Assembly: GCF_001194135.2 (NCBI RefSeq)
Contig: NC_068984.1
Span: forward strand, 27,951,721-28,015,720
Source of the DNA: Octopus bimaculoides
Taxonomy: Eukaryota
DNA: 64,000 nucleotides
Reading direction: 5' to 3'
Positions 62,598 through 64,000 of this stretch are shown here, piece by piece. Numbering within the stretch: position 1 is the stretch's first letter; every line of letters starts with the position of its first letter. The translations under genes and the position numbers were made by a program. The notes under the pieces were generated by a model that ran no database searches, had not been told where the DNA came from, and was given only the letters and a program-made list of their open reading frames with translations.

Positions 62598-63225
62598 TCA
62601 TCATCATCATCATCATCATCGTTTAACGTCTGCTTTCCATGCTGGCATGGGTTGGACTGTTTGACTGAGGACTGGTGAGCCAGAGGCTACACCAGGCTCA
62701 ATCTGATCTGGCAAAGTTTCTACAGTTGGATGCCTTTCCTAACGCTTTTACGTGCCACCGGCACGAGAGCCAGTCAAGCAGTTCTAGCAACGACCACGCT
62801 CAAAAGGTGTTTTTACGTGCTACCTGCATGGGAGCCAGTCTGGCGGCACTGGCAACGACCACGCTCGAATGTTGTTTTTCATGTGCAACCAGCACATGTG
62901 CCGGTAAGGCGACACTGGCAACGATCACGCTCGAATGATGTTCTCACGTGTCACCAGCACGGAGTCAATCCGTGGCCCTAGCAACGATCATGCTCGGATG
63001 TGCTTTGAACGTTCAATTGGCACGAGTGCCAATCAGGCTGTACTGTCATCTGCCACGTCAGCGATTTTGATTTGTTTACACTTGCATCAATAGGTCTTCA
63101 CAAGCAAAGTTCATTGTCCAATGAATGAGGGGTACTCATAAGTGAGCTGGTTACACCCACTGACATAGGCCATGAGCTATGGTCTCACTTGGCTTGTCAG
63201 ATCTTAAGTGCAGCACAACACAGCT
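62598..63225 (-). mobile_element. Family A RTEX 3'UTR (about 600 bp) with subrepeat array
   Basis: (CAT)n-CGTTTAACGTCTGCTTTCCATGCTGGCATGGG; repeated GGCAACGA(C/T)CACGCTCGAA units. Confidence 0.85.
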
Positions 63226-63533
63226 TATAACAATTATTTATATTTGTACATGTACATCTATGCATTAGATTATTTGCATATATTAAACAAAAGAATGTAC
63301 TACATAGCCTTGACATCTGCAGAATGACTAGCAAAATAAGTCCAACATCACCACACACACACCTCCATCCCCATATAACTACCATACCGTTCCTTCCTCT
63401 CTTTCCACCACCTTCCCCTCCTCCCCACCAAATACGCACAGAAATATCCACATGATTCACTCAAACTTCATACTGGTGAAAAGGGATAAGAATCCCTCTT
63501 TTTGAACATCTATTAATATCATATCGCTTGAAG

Positions 63534-63644
63534 AATTTAATCCATGAAGATGCTCAAACTAATGCCCATGGATACTACAGATTAAACTGCAGTCATCCTA
63601 GGAATACAGATTGTGATCATAAGAAACATGTGATTTGTGGAAAC
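63534..63644 (+). other. Weak candidate 111-nt symmetric exon (NLIHEDAQTNAHGYYRLNCSHPRNTDCDHKKHVICGN)
   Basis: AAC|GTGAGT donor at 63645, stop-free phase 0-0, but poor acceptor (AAG, no pyrimidine tract). Confidence 0.12.
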
Positions 63645-63689
63645 GTGAGTATCAATGCATTAAATGTTTATAAATTCCATCCAAAGATT

Positions 63690-63694
63690 ATTGC

Positions 63695-63779
<85 letters not shown>

Positions 63780-63815
63780 ATTATTAGTATTATTATTGTT
63801 ATTATTATTATATTA
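63690..63815. repeat. Compound (ATT)n(GTT)n(ATT)n microsatellite
   Basis: Direct inspection. Confidence 0.95.
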
Positions 63816-63948
63816 CATTGATACAGCTCGATGCAACCCCCAAAAACTTGTTCACTAGTCAGCATCATTAGACTGTAACTAATATAATGGAATAGAAGCT
63901 TTATTTGCAGATTCAAAATGTTTCCTGTAAACAAATTTAATATATATA

Positions 63949-64000
63949 CAGGGCTGGCTCAAGCTACTGGCAACTCAGGCAATTGCCCGAGGCACCATGT
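63949..64000 (+). mobile_element. Possible terminus of a hAT-type non-autonomous element, cut by window end
   Basis: CAGGGCTGGCTC..GGCAATTGCCCGAGGC resembles hAT MITE ends; partner end not visible. Confidence 0.35.

Overview
Eukaryotic, AT-rich, repeat-saturated scaffold sequence with many N gaps. It is most likely a coleoid cephalopod (octopus-type) genome, inferred from my recollection of the SINE families and not verified. I found no convincing host protein-coding gene, only two weak + strand exon candidates (a 24-nt microexon at 11031-11054 and a 111-nt exon at 63534-63644). The window is essentially a catalogue of mobile elements. Non-LTR retrotransposon fragments come from at least five groups: two R4/Dong-like restriction-like-endonuclease (RLE) elements, two CR1-like subfamilies, RTEX-like, RTE, and a Penelope-like GIY-YIG element. 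There are three tRNA-derived SINE families, here labelled B, C (CORE-type) and D; label A is used for the (GAT)n-tailed RTEX 3' ends. DNA transposons are two DD37D maT, one DD41D derivative, one full-length hATm-like relic and a piggyBac-type MITE, alongside abundant microsatellites. The most notable observation is a tandem array of three differently 5'-truncated copies of an R4-like RLE retrotransposon sitting in, and ending with, (ATAC)n microsatellite (330-1290), with a conserved 3'UTR hairpin; this is a candidate ATAC-repeat-targeting element. Also notable are a CR1-like LINE / CORE-SINE pair sharing a 3' stem-loop with compensatory changes, a GAAA-initial insertion-site bias of SINE family B, and a three-level nest (Penelope < maT < SINE). 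Most ORFs in the supplied track are microsatellite or N-gap artefacts. Coordinates of degenerate repeats are approximate (about +/-20 bp).
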